Of a stretch of 64,000 bases of DNA, positions 1 through 12,034 are shown one piece after another; the stretch's first letter is position 1; every line of letters begins with the position of its first letter. This DNA is from Trueperaceae bacterium (GTDB lineage: Bacteria > Deinococcota > Deinococci > Deinococcales > Trueperaceae): assembly GCA_965213705.1 (NCBI GenBank), contig OZ243913.1, positions 320,001 to 384,000 of the forward strand. The letters run 5' to 3'. The notes beneath the pieces were generated by a model. It made no database searches. It saw nothing but the letters and a program-made list of their open reading frames with translations, and was not told the DNA's origin. The position numbers and the translations under genes are program-made.

Positions 1-169
1 GCTAGTTTTCACGTCTGGGACAGTTTATTTATCATCGTTTCACAGTGTCAGCCTACGCCCAGTTTGGAACCCGCGGCTTTCCTACAGTAGTGAGGTAGCG
101 GCAGAGCAAAGCACATTACCGCGCCGCTCGAGACACAAAAACATTACGAACTAGACATATTGGAGTTGA

Positions 170-577
170 TTGACAGTGACAACCATGACGAATGACCGCA
201 ACACTGACCGCAACACGACCGATTACCGCCGGACCCTGTCCGCGGGCACCTTGATAGGTGACAGCGTCAAAAACCCGCAAGGCGACAACTTGGGCAACCT
301 CAAGGAAATCATGCTCGACGTCCAAAGCGGGCGGGTTGCCTACGGCGTGCTCGAGTCCGGTTCTTTCCTCGGTATGGGCGGCAAGCTGTTCGCCATTCCG
401 TTCGAGGCGTTCGACGTGAACGAAAAAGACCACACGCTGGTCTTGAACGTCGACCAGGAAACCCTGAAAAACGCCGAAGGCTTCGACAAAAACAACTGGC
501 CGGACACGGCGAGCCGCGAGTGGGGCCGGAAAACGCACGACTACTACGGTTACAGCCCCTATTGGCAGCGTAAGTAA
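170..577 (+). CDS. PRC-barrel domain protein
   Basis: LIGDSVKNPQGDNLGNLKEIMLD...GRVAYGVL...GMGGKLFAIPF is a typical PRC-barrel pattern; GGAG RBS before the TTG start (ATG at 185 is an alternative). Confidence 0.85.
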   Translation: MTVTTMTNDRNTDRNTTDYRRTLSAGTLIGDSVKNPQGDNLGNLKEIMLDVQSGRVAYGVLESGSFLGMGGKLFAIPFEAFDVNEKDHTLVLNVDQETLKNAEGFDKNNWPDTASREWGRKTHDYYGYSPYWQRK

Positions 578-598
578 CAACCGCTTAAAGAGACAACA

Positions 599-629
599 AA
601 GGCCGAGCGCACGCTCGGCCTTCTCTCTT
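599..629 (+). terminator. Probable intrinsic terminator
   Basis: AAGGCCGAGCG-CA-CGCTCGGCCTT hairpin followed by a pyrimidine tail, just after the stop codon. Confidence 0.6.
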
Positions 630-646
630 ACTGCTAGCATAAACAC

Positions 647-2701
647 ATGACTCAAACCGCTGTTCTCCCCAGTTTCGTCGGCGGCGCTTGGCACGTCGGT
701 CAAGGTGACGGAATCCTCGTCCGCGACGCGGTTTACGGCAAACCCGTCGCCCGCGTCAGCGCCGACGGCCTCGACCTGCCCGGCGTGCTTCATTACGCCA
801 GAGAGGTCGGCGGCCCCGCGCTCCGCAAGCTGACTTTTCACGACCGCGCGCTGCGGCTCAAGGCGCTCGCGCAGCACCTCATGAGCAGAAAAGAGGCTTT
901 TTACGAACTGTCTTATGCGACCGGCACGACGCGCCGCGACGCCTGGATAGACGTCGAGGGCGGTATCGGCACGCTGTTCGCGTACTCGAGCCTGGTGCGC
1001 CGCTCGCTGCCGAACGAGACTTTTTTGATAGAGGACGACGCCATCCCGCTGTCCAAAAACGGCACCTTCGTCGCCCGGCACCTGCTTACGCCGAAAGAGG
1101 GCGTGGCGGTTCACATCAACGCCTTTAATTTCCCCTGTTGGGGGATGTTGGAAAAGCTCGCCCCGACGCTGCTGGCCGGGATGCCGGGCATCGTCAAACC
1201 CGCGCCGCAGACCGCCTACCTGACCGAAGCGATGTTCCGCGAAATGCTCGCCAGCGGCCTGTTGCCCGAGGGCGCGGTGCAACTCGTCAGCGGCGACGCG
1301 GTAGACTTTTTTCCGCACCTGTTAGAACAAGACGTGGTCACCTTTACGGGGTCCGCGTCGACCGGGAGAAAGCTCAGGGCGCACCCGAACATCATCGACA
1401 AGGCTGTACCCTTTACGCTCGAGGCCGACTCGCTCAACAGCGCCGTGCTCGGCCTAAGTGTCGAGCCGGGGGACGCGGAGTTCGAGCTGTTCGTCAAGGA
1501 AGTCGCGCGCGAGATGACTGCCAAAGCCGGACAAAAATGCACTGCCATCCGCCGCGCCATCGTGCCGCGCGAGTTGCTCGAGCCCGTCGCTGAAGCGCTG
1601 CGAGCCAGGCTTGCTCAGGTTACCGTGGGCGACCCACGTGACGAGAACGTGCGTATGGGGCCGCTGGTGAGCACCGCGCAGCGCGACGAGGTGAGCGCGC
1701 AGGTGGAGCGGTTGAAAAACTCGAGCACCGTCTTGTTCGGAGAAGATAGTTTTGAAATTGCTAGCGGCGACTTAGAGGCGGGCGGCTTTTTTCCGTCGAC
1801 CCTCCTCTACTGCGAAAAGCCTTTCGACGTGACCGAGCCCCACGAAGTCGAAGCCTTCGGCCCCGTCGCCACGCTGCTGCCCTATGACACACTCGACGAG
1901 GCCGTCGCCATCACCAAGCTCGGCAAGGGAAGTTTGGTAAGCACCTTTGTCACCCGCGACCCCGCGGAGGCTCGAGCCCTCGTTCTCGGCAGCGCCAGCC
2001 ATCACGGGCGGCTGCTCGTTCTCAACCGCGACAATGCCAAAGAGTCCACCGGCCACGGCTCTCCCCTGCCGCTGCTCGTCCACGGTGGCCCCGGCCGCGC
2101 GGGCGGCGGCGAAGAACTCGGCGGCACCCGCTCAATTCACCACTACATGCAGCGCACCGCCCTTCAAGCCGACCCCACTATCCTCATGCATGTGACAAAC
2201 GAATACGTGCGCGGCGCGCGAACGTTCGAGGACCGCGTTCACCCGTTCCGCAAAACTTTCGACGAACTTACCATCGGCGAGCGCTACACCACCCACCGCC
2301 GCACCGTGACCGAGGCCGACATTGTGAACTTTGCCAACGTCAGCGGCGACTATTTTTACGCCCACGTGGACGACATCGCCGCGAAGGACTCTATTTTTGA
2401 AAAGCGCGTGGCCCACGGCTATTTTCTGGTCTCCGCCGCCGCCGGCCTGTTCGTCGACCCGCGGCCCGGCCCGGTGCTCGCCAACTACGGCCTCGAGAAC
2501 CTCCGCTTTATAGAACCCGTCGGCATCGGCGACACCCTGGGCGCGCACCTGACGGTGAAGCAAAAAATCAAAAAGGAGAAGCGCGAGGACGACAAAAAAA
2601 CGACGGGCGTGGTCGCGTGGGACGTGGAGCTGTTCAACCAGGCTGCGGAGACAGTTGCGCTTTATACGATTTTGACGCTGGTCGAAAGAGAGGATGACTG
2701 A
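647..2701 (+). CDS. paaZ: Phenylacetate degradation bifunctional aldehyde dehydrogenase/oxepin-CoA hydrolase
   Basis: ALDH domain ([22 protein letters not shown]) fused to a C-terminal MaoC hot-dog domain ([26 protein letters not shown]). Confidence 0.95.
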   Translation: MTQTAVLPSFVGGAWHVGQGDGILVRDAVYGKPVARVSADGLDLPGVLHYAREVGGPALRKLTFHDRALRLKALAQHLMSRKEAFYELSYATGTTRRDAWIDVEGGIGTLFAYSSLVRRSLPNETFLIEDDAIPLSKNGTFVARHLLTPKEGVAVHINAFNFPCWGMLEKLAPTLLAGMPGIVKPAPQTAYLTEAMFREMLASGLLPEGAVQLVSGDAVDFFPHLLEQDVVTFTGSASTGRKLRAHPNIIDKAVPFTLEADSLNSAVLGLSVEPGDAEFELFVKEVAREMTAKAGQKCTAIRRAIVPRELLEPVAEALRARLAQVTVGDPRDENVRMGPLVSTAQRDEVSAQVERLKNSSTVLFGEDSFEIASGDLEAGGFFPSTLLYCEKPFDVTEPHEVEAFGPVATLLPYDTLDEAVAITKLGKGSLVSTFVTRDPAEARALVLGSASHHGRLLVLNRDNAKESTGHGSPLPLLVHGGPGRAGGGEELGGTRSIHHYMQRTALQADPTILMHVTNEYVRGARTFEDRVHPFRKTFDELTIGERYTTHRRTVTEADIVNFANVSGDYFYAHVDDIAAKDSIFEKRVAHGYFLVSAAAGLFVDPRPGPVLANYGLENLRFIEPVGIGDTLGAHLTVKQKIKKEKREDDKKTTGVVAWDVELFNQAAETVALYTILTLVEREDD

Positions 2702-2756
2702 GCCGCATCAGGCCCGCTTCTCGAACACGTTTGCTAGAATTGCGCGGGTGATAGAC

Positions 2757-2984
2757 ATGACGACACAAGCCGTAACCATAAAAATTTCTGACAAATTGGC
2801 CGACTTGTCGCTCGAGCAACAGCGTGAAGTCCTGGTCTTTGCCAGTTTTCTGAAGTCTCAGCTTGAAGGTGTCAAAGGGTCGTCTCTATTGAGCTTTGCC
2901 GGTAGCATCCCCGCTGCCGACCTGACGCGAATGCAACAAGCCATCGAAGAAGGCTGTGAACGTATTGACCCCGATGAGTGGTAG
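2757..2984 (+). CDS. Putative antitoxin of a VapBC-type pair
   Basis: Small ORF ending AIEEGCERIDPDEW that overlaps the start of a PIN gene; extended -10 TGCTAGAAT upstream. Confidence 0.6.
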   Translation: MTTQAVTIKISDKLADLSLEQQREVLVFASFLKSQLEGVKGSSLLSFAGSIPAADLTRMQQAIEEGCERIDPDEW

Positions 2985-3147
2985 AAGTCTGCTCGACACC
3001 AACATCGTCATTGCGCTTTTTGCTCGAGACCAAGCTGTTACCGAAGAACTCGCAGAAGCCGAAGAAGTGTTTGTTCCGAGCATCATCTTGGGTGAACTGT
3101 TGAATACAGTCGTATTCTATCTCGCTTTCGGAGTGGAGTTACTTTAG
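2974..3147 (+). pseudogene. Truncated PIN/VapC toxin
   Basis: LLDTNIVIALF...VPSIILGEL is a PIN N-terminus; the ORF stops after about 57 aa where the sequence turns AT-rich. Confidence 0.75.
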
Positions 3148-3153
3148 TTTCTA

Positions 3154-4455
3154 ATGGCTAAGCAAAAACGTAAGTATAAACGCCGTAAACAGTCGTGGGG
3201 CAGTCATCATCAGTCGAACCGTGATAAGGTTCGTGCAATTTATGGTGGTCTCGAACAAGATGTTCAATCTCTTTTCTTTAAATTAGACAACCACACATTG
3301 AGCCATGTACTTTGGGAGTACGAACAGAAGTACGGGCGTGGAGCGCGTGATTATGCAGCACGAACATTCACCAAGTGGCGTTCACGCAGGGTTGACATGA
3401 GTGGTTTGATACTTGAACGACTCATCCACATAGTTCCGCCCCACCTCTCTTTTGAACAGAAGTTTGAGATACTTATTAAAGCTGCGACACAAACTAAAAG
3501 TATTGTTATGGTCACATTGCCCGTTACATCAACCCTTGAAGAGTCGATTCAGGCTCTTTCCGATTCTGTAAGGAACGCTTTATGGAATGACCTTCCCTCT
3601 AACTTACAGACGCGACTTTCTTGGCTTGCTCAAGACGATTTTCAGATGGCAAAAATCTTGCTTAGGGAAGCTATACGGCACGAAGCTGTAACTGCGTCAG
3701 AATACTTGAAAGAAAACATAAACAATTTTTCTAAGGTTGCCAATAGTGTTAGCGACAGCTCTAATATATATGCCGAATTTGAAATCTATCTCCTGGGTAC
3801 CGATATTCAAGTAACACTGACTAATAGTAAGATAGAATCCAAGATAAACAACACTAGAAAGGACATAAAACCCATGAGTGAAAATGGAAACAATAATCCC
3901 AAAGGAAAGGAACTAGCAAAACCCGTTGAAAACCCAAATAACCTCTTAAATGAAGCTTTACAAAGAATGCCAGAAAGTAAAGCTCAAGAAATTATGGGCA
4001 AAGCGGCTGATGAAGCCTTGCGGTTACAAGTTAAACGTAGAGAAAGTGAAGACGATGTCAATATTATCAACGAAAAACTGCGGTCAGCAGCAAGATTTTC
4101 TGATGATATGGAGCACAATCAATCATCTGATTATAATGTCTCTCAAACTCACCATTCAGAACATGGTGACGCTCGCATCACTGTCAGTCGTAAAATCGAA
4201 GCAAAGTCCGAAAGCAGAAAGTTTTGTTTCGTTGCAACAGCCTGTTTTGGCAATGTTGACCATCCCGTCGTTTCTGACCTTAGAGTTTTTCGAGACGAGA
4301 AACTAGTGCAGTATTACTGGGGCAGGTCTTTTATTTCTTGGTATTACGAAAATGGTGAGGGATTAGCAAGCATTGTGTCAAAAACACCAGGTGCTCGTAG
4401 AGTCTTGAGACCCGTTCTATGGCTACTTGCTCGTATAACTCAATTAAGAAGCTAA
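3154..4455 (+). CDS. AT-rich hypothetical protein with C-terminal CFI-box-CTERM-like domain
   Basis: 433 aa ORF; C-terminus CFVATACFG...LRVFRDEKL...GRSFISWYY; composition unlike the flanks. Confidence 0.75.
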   Translation: MAKQKRKYKRRKQSWGSHHQSNRDKVRAIYGGLEQDVQSLFFKLDNHTLSHVLWEYEQKYGRGARDYAARTFTKWRSRRVDMSGLILERLIHIVPPHLSFEQKFEILIKAATQTKSIVMVTLPVTSTLEESIQALSDSVRNALWNDLPSNLQTRLSWLAQDDFQMAKILLREAIRHEAVTASEYLKENINNFSKVANSVSDSSNIYAEFEIYLLGTDIQVTLTNSKIESKINNTRKDIKPMSENGNNNPKGKELAKPVENPNNLLNEALQRMPESKAQEIMGKAADEALRLQVKRRESEDDVNIINEKLRSAARFSDDMEHNQSSDYNVSQTHHSEHGDARITVSRKIEAKSESRKFCFVATACFGNVDHPVVSDLRVFRDEKLVQYYWGRSFISWYYENGEGLASIVSKTPGARRVLRPVLWLLARITQLRS

Positions 4456-4477
4456 GACTACAAGGGCATAATTTAGG

Positions 4478-4951
4478 TCAAGCCAAGACTCGCATCATCT
4501 GCCGAATTGCCCCCAAGTGGTAAGCCGTGTGAACAACTAACGCCATGCTGTCACCCACCTCGTCGTCACCCCAAGACTCTATACTTTTGAGTTTGGCCGT
4601 GACGCTTTCATAAACGGCTTTCAGGTCTTGTTTCAAACCTTCCCAGGCTTCGGGCGTTACCTGTTCGAGTTGCCAACTCTCTTGCCAATCGACTTTTTCG
4701 GTTCTGCCGTTCATGAACTGCGTAATAGCGTCCAGATAAAAGCGCGTGTGCTCTACTTGCGCCGCGATGCTGGTGCCGCCCTCGGCAACGGGTCGTGAAG
4801 CTTGCTCGGCTGAAATGGCATTGAGCGTGTCGAACAAACCTGCTTTCTGGTCGAGGTAAGCACTTCCCGGTCTCGGTGGGCTTTCAAACGTTTCGACCAT
4901 AAGGGTGAGTAAGTTACCGACAAAGTCCTTGGTGGCAATGGTCTCAGACAT
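4478..4951 (-). CDS. DinB/YfiT-like four-helix bundle protein
   Basis: SIAAQVEH...HTAYHLGAIRQ histidine motifs; AGGAG RBS. Confidence 0.75.
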   Translation of the reverse strand: MSETIATKDFVGNLLTLMVETFESPPRPGSAYLDQKAGLFDTLNAISAEQASRPVAEGGTSIAAQVEHTRFYLDAITQFMNGRTEKVDWQESWQLEQVTPEAWEGLKQDLKAVYESVTAKLKSIESWGDDEVGDSMALVVHTAYHLGAIRQMMRVLA

Positions 4952-5103
4952 AAGCAACTCCTAAGCAGCGCGCTTTAAGCATCTTGTAAGGTTTGATTTT
5001 TTCGGAACTCGAGACCAGTGAGTGAAACGAGTGTACTTGTTTGGGTGAGGTTTGGCAAGCGTTGTCAGGCTGCTCGAGCCCCCGCCGGGTGTACCCTTAG
5101 AGC

Positions 5104-5865
5104 ATGGACAAGCTCTATCACATCGGTTTTGGTCGCGCCGACTTAGGTGATAATCCACCCACCAAGGCGCTCCTCTCCGGCGACCCCGAGCGGGCCAAGC
5201 TCATCGCCGAGACGCATTTTCGAGAGGTCAGAGAACTCTCTACCCACCGCGGGCTCAACAGCTACTTGGGGCTTTTAGAAGACGGCACGCCCGCTTTGTC
5301 CGCTACGAGCGGCATGGGCGCGCCGAGTTTGTCGATTATCGTCAACGAACTCGTGCAGGTGGGCGTCACGACGATTCTTCGGGTGGGCACTTGCGGCAGC
5401 ATTCAGCCGGGGGTCAAAGCGGGGAGCGTTGTCATCACTTCGGGGGCGCTGTGCCGCCAGGGGGCGGCAAACGACGTTGCGCCGCCTGAGTACCCGGCGG
5501 TAGCCGACCCCTTTTTGACGGTCAAACTTGCCGAGGCGGCTCGAGCACTGGGCGCGGACTATCACATCGGCATTACCGCCAGCGTCGATACTTTTTACGA
5601 GGGCCAGGGCCGCACCGGCGGCGCGAACCCGCACCTGCTCCGCTCTTTGCAGGGCCTGGTCGAAGAGCTTCAGCATTTGAACGTCCTCAACTTCGAGATG
5701 GAAGCGGGGACGCTGCTCAAGATGGGGAGTGTGTACGGCTTTCAGGCGGGCTGCATCTGCGCCGTCGTCGCGCAGCGCAGCGAGAGCGAAGAGGTGGTGC
5801 TCGAGGCCAAGGACGACGCGGTCAACCAAGCGATTCGCGTGGCAGTCGCGACTTTAAGCAGCTAG
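5104..5865 (+). CDS. Nucleoside (uridine-type) phosphorylase
   Basis: GDPERA, SGMGAPS, LRVGTCG, DTFYEGQ and NFEME motifs. Confidence 0.9.
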   Translation: MDKLYHIGFGRADLGDNPPTKALLSGDPERAKLIAETHFREVRELSTHRGLNSYLGLLEDGTPALSATSGMGAPSLSIIVNELVQVGVTTILRVGTCGSIQPGVKAGSVVITSGALCRQGAANDVAPPEYPAVADPFLTVKLAEAARALGADYHIGITASVDTFYEGQGRTGGANPHLLRSLQGLVEELQHLNVLNFEMEAGTLLKMGSVYGFQAGCICAVVAQRSESEEVVLEAKDDAVNQAIRVAVATLSS

Positions 5866-5871
5866 TCGAGG

Positions 5872-5948
5872 GGAGCAGGGGAGAAAAAGCTCTTGACTTC
5901 ACTTTCTCCTTTTTCCTTTCCACTTTTCACTCGGTACTCGGTACTTTC
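5872..5948. repeat. Intergenic degenerate 7-bp tandem repeat (ACTCGGT/ACTTTTC family)
   Basis: cactttctcctttttcctttccacttttcactcggtactcggtacttt between convergent genes. Confidence 0.7.
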
Positions 5949-6792
5949 AACTGTGCCGGTTCAAAAAGTTCACCACGTCCTCGAGCACCCGCGGCCCCAA
6001 AAACCTCGTCCCGCGGCCCAGTGCTCCGACGATGCCCACGTGGTCGAGCTTTTTGTACGTTTTCAGTTCGACCTCGCCCCCGCTCGCCTCGATGCGCTCG
6101 GCAAAGCGGAGGCTGTTTTTCGGGTTGACGGTGGTGTCGGCAAGGCCGGTGGCGATGAACGCGGGCGGTTCGTTGCCGCCGACAAAATTGACGGGCTGCG
6201 TCTGCGCCCAAGCGTCCTCTGGGCCGAGGGCGGCTTTCGAGCGCACGTCGTCCGGGGCCAGTGGCAAAAAGTCGTAGGCTCCGGCGAGGCCGACGAAACC
6301 TGCCAGCTTGGTCGTTGAGCCTAACGCCTCGAGATACCGCTCGTCAAAAGCGACCAGCGCCGCGATGTGCGCGCCCGCCGAGTGGCCCATCAAAAAGACC
6401 TTGGTCGGGTCGCCGCCGTAGTTGGCAACGTTGCCGAAAACCCAGTCAACCGCCAGCGCGACGTCCTCCGCGTAGCTCGGAAAGGTGACCTCGGGAACGA
6501 GGCGGTAGTTGACGATGACGGTGGTAAAACCCTGCGCGGTGAGGCTGTCGGCGACGAACGGATATTCGGACTTGTCGCCCGAATCCCAGTAGCCGCCGTG
6601 GACGAAGACGACGACGCCCTTCGCGGGCGCGGTGGCGGAGGTGTAAAGGTCGAGCTTTTGCCTGGGCAACGCCCCGTAAGTGAGGTCGCGGCGGACGAGG
6701 AGGTCTTGCGTGACGAACGAGTTGACGAACCCGAGCGGCGTGCAGCCGCCGAGGGCAAAAGCGAGCAGGCTGAGAATCCCTTTCCATTTCAT
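5947..6792 (-). CDS. Alpha/beta hydrolase (esterase), probable lipoprotein
   Basis: Signal peptide with LGGC lipobox-like motif; HGGYW and GHSAG nucleophile motifs. Confidence 0.9.
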   Translation of the reverse strand: MKWKGILSLLAFALGGCTPLGFVNSFVTQDLLVRRDLTYGALPRQKLDLYTSATAPAKGVVVFVHGGYWDSGDKSEYPFVADSLTAQGFTTVIVNYRLVPEVTFPSYAEDVALAVDWVFGNVANYGGDPTKVFLMGHSAGAHIAALVAFDERYLEALGSTTKLAGFVGLAGAYDFLPLAPDDVRSKAALGPEDAWAQTQPVNFVGGNEPPAFIATGLADTTVNPKNSLRFAERIEASGGEVELKTYKKLDHVGIVGALGRGTRFLGPRVLEDVVNFLNRHS

Positions 6793-6941
6793 GGCTCAAT
6801 GGTGGCACATTGTTTCTGCGACGATGGTGCGGGCGACCCGTTTTTCCTACCACCGCGCCCGTTGGGTCGGCAACCTCTCTTTGCGGCAGGGCTCGAGGCG
6901 CTATACTGCAAGAACTTGATACAAAGACTCAGGAGGTCGTC

Positions 6942-7145
6942 ATGCCAGGTGACGCAGACGAAGAGCAGAACGAAACACCGGAGGACAAACCCTTAAACGG
7001 CGAACCCGGCAAGCGCGACCTGGAGTACGGCCACGCCTTCGGCACTCAGCGCGACCGCAGCAAGGGCGGGCAACCGGAATATTTCGAGAACTACTCGGAC
7101 GACTGGCAGGACGCGGTGCCCGAGCGGGACGGGGAAGAGGAGTAA
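6942..7145 (+). CDS. Small acidic hypothetical protein (67 aa)
   Basis: Strong AGGAGG RBS before the ATG, TATACT -10 at 6902, host-like codon usage. Confidence 0.7.
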   Translation: MPGDADEEQNETPEDKPLNGEPGKRDLEYGHAFGTQRDRSKGGQPEYFENYSDDWQDAVPERDGEEE

Positions 7146-7193
7146 GGGGAAGTACCGAGTACCGAGTGGAAAGTAAAAAGTAAGGGCGAAAGT
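7146..7193. repeat. Intergenic 7-bp tandem repeat (ACCGAGT/GGAAAGT)
   Basis: agtaccgagtaccgagtggaaagtaaaaagt, the reverse complement of the 5.9 kb repeat type. Confidence 0.7.
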
Positions 7194-7210
7194 CGTCAGA
7201 AAGGTAAACT

Positions 7211-8896
7211 TTGAACCTCGAGTCCCCAACACACTACGACGTCGCCATCATCGGTTCAGGCATCGCGGGCTCGTCGCTGGCGGCGATTTTGGCGCGGCAT
7301 GGGCGCAAGGTGGTAGTGCTCGAGGCCGGGTCGCACCCGAAGTTCGCCATCGGCGAGTCGATGATTTTGGAAACCTCCGAGACGATGCGCGCGCTGGCCG
7401 AGTTTTACGAGGTGCACGAGCTTGCCTACTTCAGCTCGGAGAATTACTTATCCAAAATCGGCACCTCGCACGGAGTCAAGCGGCACTTCAGCTACCTGCA
7501 CCACGTGCCGGGGGAAACGCCGGACGCGTCCAAAGCCCTGCAAGCCGTCATCCCCAAAGAGCCGCACGGGCACGAACTGCACCTGTACCGGCAGGACGTG
7601 GACGCCTTTTTAACCGTCTGCGCGGTGAAATATGGCGCGACGGTCTTGCAAAACACGCTTGTCACAGGGCTCGAGCTTGACGACGACGGCGTCACCCTGA
7701 CGACGAAGACGGGCCGTATAGAGGCCGACTTTCTAGTTGACGCGGGCGGCTTCCGCTCGCTCGTCGCTGAAAAGTTCGAGCTGCGCGAGTTTGAGTTGCA
7801 GACGCACTCGAGGGCGCTCTTCACCCACATGGTCGGCGTGCCCGACTTTCACGCGGTCACGGGGGCCGACTACGGCCTGCCCTTCAGCGTTCACGAAGGC
7901 ACGTTGCACCACATCTTCGAGGGCGGCTGGCTGTGGGTAATTCCCTTCAATAACCACGCCAAGGCGACGAACCCGCTGTGCAGCGTCGGTCTGCTCCTCG
8001 ACCCACGCGTGCATCCGGAGCGAAAAGACCTCACGCCGGAGGAAGAGTTTTTTGCGTTCATCGCGCAGTTCCCGACTATCGCCAGACAGTTCGAAGGCGC
8101 GAAGGCGGTACGCGCTTGGACGCGCACCGGGCGCTTGCAGTACAGTTCACACCGCGTCGTCGGCGACCGCTGGGCGCTGCTCGGGCACGCGGCGGGTTTT
8201 GTCGACCCGCTCTACTCGAAAGGCCTCTACACGACCTACGCGAGCGTGTCGGTGCTGGCGGACTTGCTGCTGCGAGCCGCCGAGACCGGTGACTACTCCG
8301 CCGCCCATTTCCAACCTTTGGAAGACCTGACCCTCGCCTATGTCAAAGCCAACGACCGCCTCGTCGCCAACTCGTACAAGTCGTTCGCCCACCCCAAACT
8401 CTGGAATGTTTACAGCGTGATGTGGTTGTTGGGCGCGTACACCGAGTACGTGAAGCTCACCAGTATGCGGGCGCGGCGGCTAGGTCGCGACGCCTACTAC
8501 GCGGAGGCTTATGGCTTGCGCCTCGTCGGCGGCGGTTTCCCTGAGTTCAAAACGGTAGCGGACAAAGTAGACGCTTTGATAGAGGCCGTCGACCCGCACG
8601 ACGAGGCCGCGGTAGACGCGACCGTCGCCGAGATTAAAACCGTCTTCGGCGAGGTCGCCTGGTTGCCGAAGGCGTTTCAAGACCTGCTGGACGGCAAAAA
8701 CCACCTGCCGCGGCGCAAACTGCGCTTGGACTTACTGAGTTCCAACAAAGGTTTTCTGGGTACGGGCGCGTACCGCGAGCACTTCTTCGGGGACGTTTCG
8801 GTGGGCGGCATGGTCAAAACGTTCGTCGCCGAAAAGCTGCGTTACTCCGAAACGGGTCTCAGCCTGAAACGGCGCGGCGTACCAGGCACGAGTTGA
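7211..8896 (+). CDS. Flavin-dependent halogenase, PrnC-like
   Basis: GSGIAG FAD motif, FAIGES, GVKRHF lysine region, [22 protein letters not shown] (WxWxIP), [10 protein letters not shown]. Confidence 0.88.
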   Translation: MNLESPTHYDVAIIGSGIAGSSLAAILARHGRKVVVLEAGSHPKFAIGESMILETSETMRALAEFYEVHELAYFSSENYLSKIGTSHGVKRHFSYLHHVPGETPDASKALQAVIPKEPHGHELHLYRQDVDAFLTVCAVKYGATVLQNTLVTGLELDDDGVTLTTKTGRIEADFLVDAGGFRSLVAEKFELREFELQTHSRALFTHMVGVPDFHAVTGADYGLPFSVHEGTLHHIFEGGWLWVIPFNNHAKATNPLCSVGLLLDPRVHPERKDLTPEEEFFAFIAQFPTIARQFEGAKAVRAWTRTGRLQYSSHRVVGDRWALLGHAAGFVDPLYSKGLYTTYASVSVLADLLLRAAETGDYSAAHFQPLEDLTLAYVKANDRLVANSYKSFAHPKLWNVYSVMWLLGAYTEYVKLTSMRARRLGRDAYYAEAYGLRLVGGGFPEFKTVADKVDALIEAVDPHDEAAVDATVAEIKTVFGEVAWLPKAFQDLLDGKNHLPRRKLRLDLLSSNKGFLGTGAYREHFFGDVSVGGMVKTFVAEKLRYSETGLSLKRRGVPGTS

Positions 8897-8909
8897 GACG
8901 TAGAGGGTT

Positions 8910-9028
8910 CGTCCGCTGCGAATGAATGTGAAGCAGGCCTATAAGAGAAGCAATCTCCAACCTTTGAAGTGCGCCGGTTCTGCTCTCACTCGAGGTTGCC
9001 TCGTCCGCTCACGCTCCCTCGCAACGAC
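8910..9028. repeat. Degenerate REP-like palindromic element
   Basis: GAAGCAATCTC...GAGGTTGCCTC...CTCGCAACGAC, related to the copy at 11027-11107. Confidence 0.55.
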
Positions 9029-9194
9029 TATTGCTTGTGAAATTTGACTTTGCGGTAGCCCCGCGCACCGGGCGCAGGCTGAAACGCAGACTGTCGAGAC
9101 AAAAGCCTCCGCGCGCTCGTTTTTCAACTCGTTTGTCGAGACGATACCCTCCAGGGCGACAAATGTCTGACCTGGGTTGGGTATAGAGTGCTTT

Positions 9195-10180
<986 letters not shown>

Positions 10181-10184
<4 letters not shown>

Positions 10185-10969
10185 GCACCCTGGCCCGCTT
10201 CGGCTGGACCTTGAGCGACATTTTTGTCCTCGTCAAGCGCAACCTGCTCCGCTACGTGCGCCTACCCCAACTCCTCGTTTTTTCGACGATTCAACCCATC
10301 ATGTTCGTGCTGCTGTTCGCCTTTGTCTTCGGCGGCGCGATTGCCACGCCGGGCGTGGACTACATCAACTACCTCATCCCCGGCATTTTGGTCCAGACCG
10401 TGCTGTTCGGCGCAAGCCAGACGACCGTGGGGCTGGCCGAAGACCTCTCGAAGGGCATCGTCGACCGCTTCCGCTCGCTGCCGATGGCGCGGAGCGCGGT
10501 GCTGGCGGGCCGCACCCTTGCCGACAGCATCCGCAACGTGTTCGTCGTGCTGCTCATGCTGTTGGTCGGCGCGCTCATCGGCTTTCGGTTTCAGGGGGGT
10601 TTGTGGGACTCGGTGCTTTCAGTCATCGTGGTAGTGCTGTTCGGCTTCGCGTTTTCGTGGATAAGCGCGCTCATCGGGCTCTTAACCAAGGACCCGGAGA
10701 CGGCGCAGGTGGCGGGTTTTATCTGGATTTTTCCGCTGGTCTTCGCCTCGTCGGCGTTCGTGCCGGTCCAGACGATGCCCGCGTGGCTGCAAACCTTCGC
10801 CGAGGTGCAACCGATTTCGGTCACGGTGAACGCGGTGCGCTACCTCACCTCGGGCGGCGCGGCCCCCGGCACCGAGAGCGCGGCGGTGTGGCAGTCGCTG
10901 CTGTGGATGGTGGCAATCCTGCTGGTGTTCGTGCCCCTGGCCGTGCGGCAGTACCGGCGCAGCGTTTGA
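10181..10969 (+). CDS. ABC-2 permease, DrrB family
   Basis: Six predicted TM segments, DRFRSLPMARSAVLAGR; 4-bp overlap with the ATPase gene. Confidence 0.92.
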
Positions 10970-11026
10970 GGCGAGCATGTGACTGATTTACTTTGTTTAA
11001 ATCCTGTTCCTGACGTTTTCTTCATT

Positions 11027-11107
11027 GTCTTTGCGAGAAGCGACGAAGCAATCTGCCTTGGCATGAGGCGCAAACGTTGGAGATTGCTTCGCTGCGCTCG
11101 CAATGAC
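11027..11107. repeat. REP-like palindromic element (CGTC-tagged type)
   Basis: GTCTTTGCGAG/CTCGCAATGAC outer arms and CGAAGCAATCT/AGATTGCTTCG inner arms. Confidence 0.75.
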
Positions 11108-11147
11108 GGCGGTGTGTCGGGTTAGCATTGATGCAGTTACGAGCGTG

Positions 11148-11993
11148 TTAAATAGCCAGCAGCGGGTCGTCGAAGACGAGGTCGCCCTCGAGCACGCCCT
11201 CACCTAAATTACTCAAGCCCGTAAAGTCGAACAGATTTCTGTCCAGCAAGTGCGACGGACTCGTGTTTTGCAGGGCGCGAAAAATACTGTCGACGCGCTC
11301 CGGCGGCCAACCGTCCAGCATCTGCCTCACTAATTTCCGCTGCAGGTTTTCCTGCGAGCCGCACAGGGTGCAGGGGATAATCGGAAACGCCCGCCCCCGC
11401 GCGTAGCGGGCGATTTCGTGTTCGTGGCAGTACACGAGCGGGCGAACGACCGTGTGCTGTCCGTCGTCGCTGACGAGTTTGGGCGACATCGCTTTTAAGC
11501 GGCCGCCGAAAAAGAGGTTTAAGAAAAACGTCTCCAAAATATCGTCGCGGTGATGCCCGAGCGCAATCTTCGTCGCGCCGAGTTCCCCGGCTACGCGATA
11601 GATGACGCCGCGGCGCAGCCTCGAGCAGAGCGAACACATCGTCTTGCCTGCGGGAATTTTCGCCTTGACGACGCTGTAGGTGTCTTGTTCGACGATTTTG
11701 AAGTCCACACCGAAGTCGCTCAAATAGTCGGGCAACACGTGTTCGGGAAAACCGGGCTGCTTCTGGTCCAGGTTCATGGCAATGAGTTTGAACGAGATGG
11801 GCGCTCGAGCTTGCAACGCACTCAGGGTGTCGAGCAGCGTGTACGAGTCTTTGCCGCCCGACAAACAGACCATCACCACGTCGCCGTCTTGAATCATGGC
11901 GTAGTCGGTGACGGCCCTCGCCGTCAAACGCTCCAAGCGCCGCCGGAGCTTGCTGAAGTTCGCAGAATGGTGTTGGTTTTCTAAGCGCGCCAT
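11148..11993 (-). CDS. ttcA: tRNA 2-thiocytidine(32) synthetase
   Basis: SGGKDS PP-loop, [30 protein letters not shown]. Confidence 0.95.
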   Translation of the reverse strand: MARLENQHHSANFSKLRRRLERLTARAVTDYAMIQDGDVVMVCLSGGKDSYTLLDTLSALQARAPISFKLIAMNLDQKQPGFPEHVLPDYLSDFGVDFKIVEQDTYSVVKAKIPAGKTMCSLCSRLRRGVIYRVAGELGATKIALGHHRDDILETFFLNLFFGGRLKAMSPKLVSDDGQHTVVRPLVYCHEHEIARYARGRAFPIIPCTLCGSQENLQRKLVRQMLDGWPPERVDSIFRALQNTSPSHLLDRNLFDFTGLSNLGEGVLEGDLVFDDPLLAI

Positions 11994-12034
11994 AAACCTG
12001 GCGATTATACGCTGCCGGTTCAAGCTCGAGCGTT

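Noticed and set aside
116..1318. 400-aa antisense ORF and many similar long shadow ORFs (e.g. 31534-32502, 46694-47584, 54104-55108)
   Set aside because: They overlap well-supported genes on another frame or strand and have no motifs; such ORFs are expected in GC-rich DNA.
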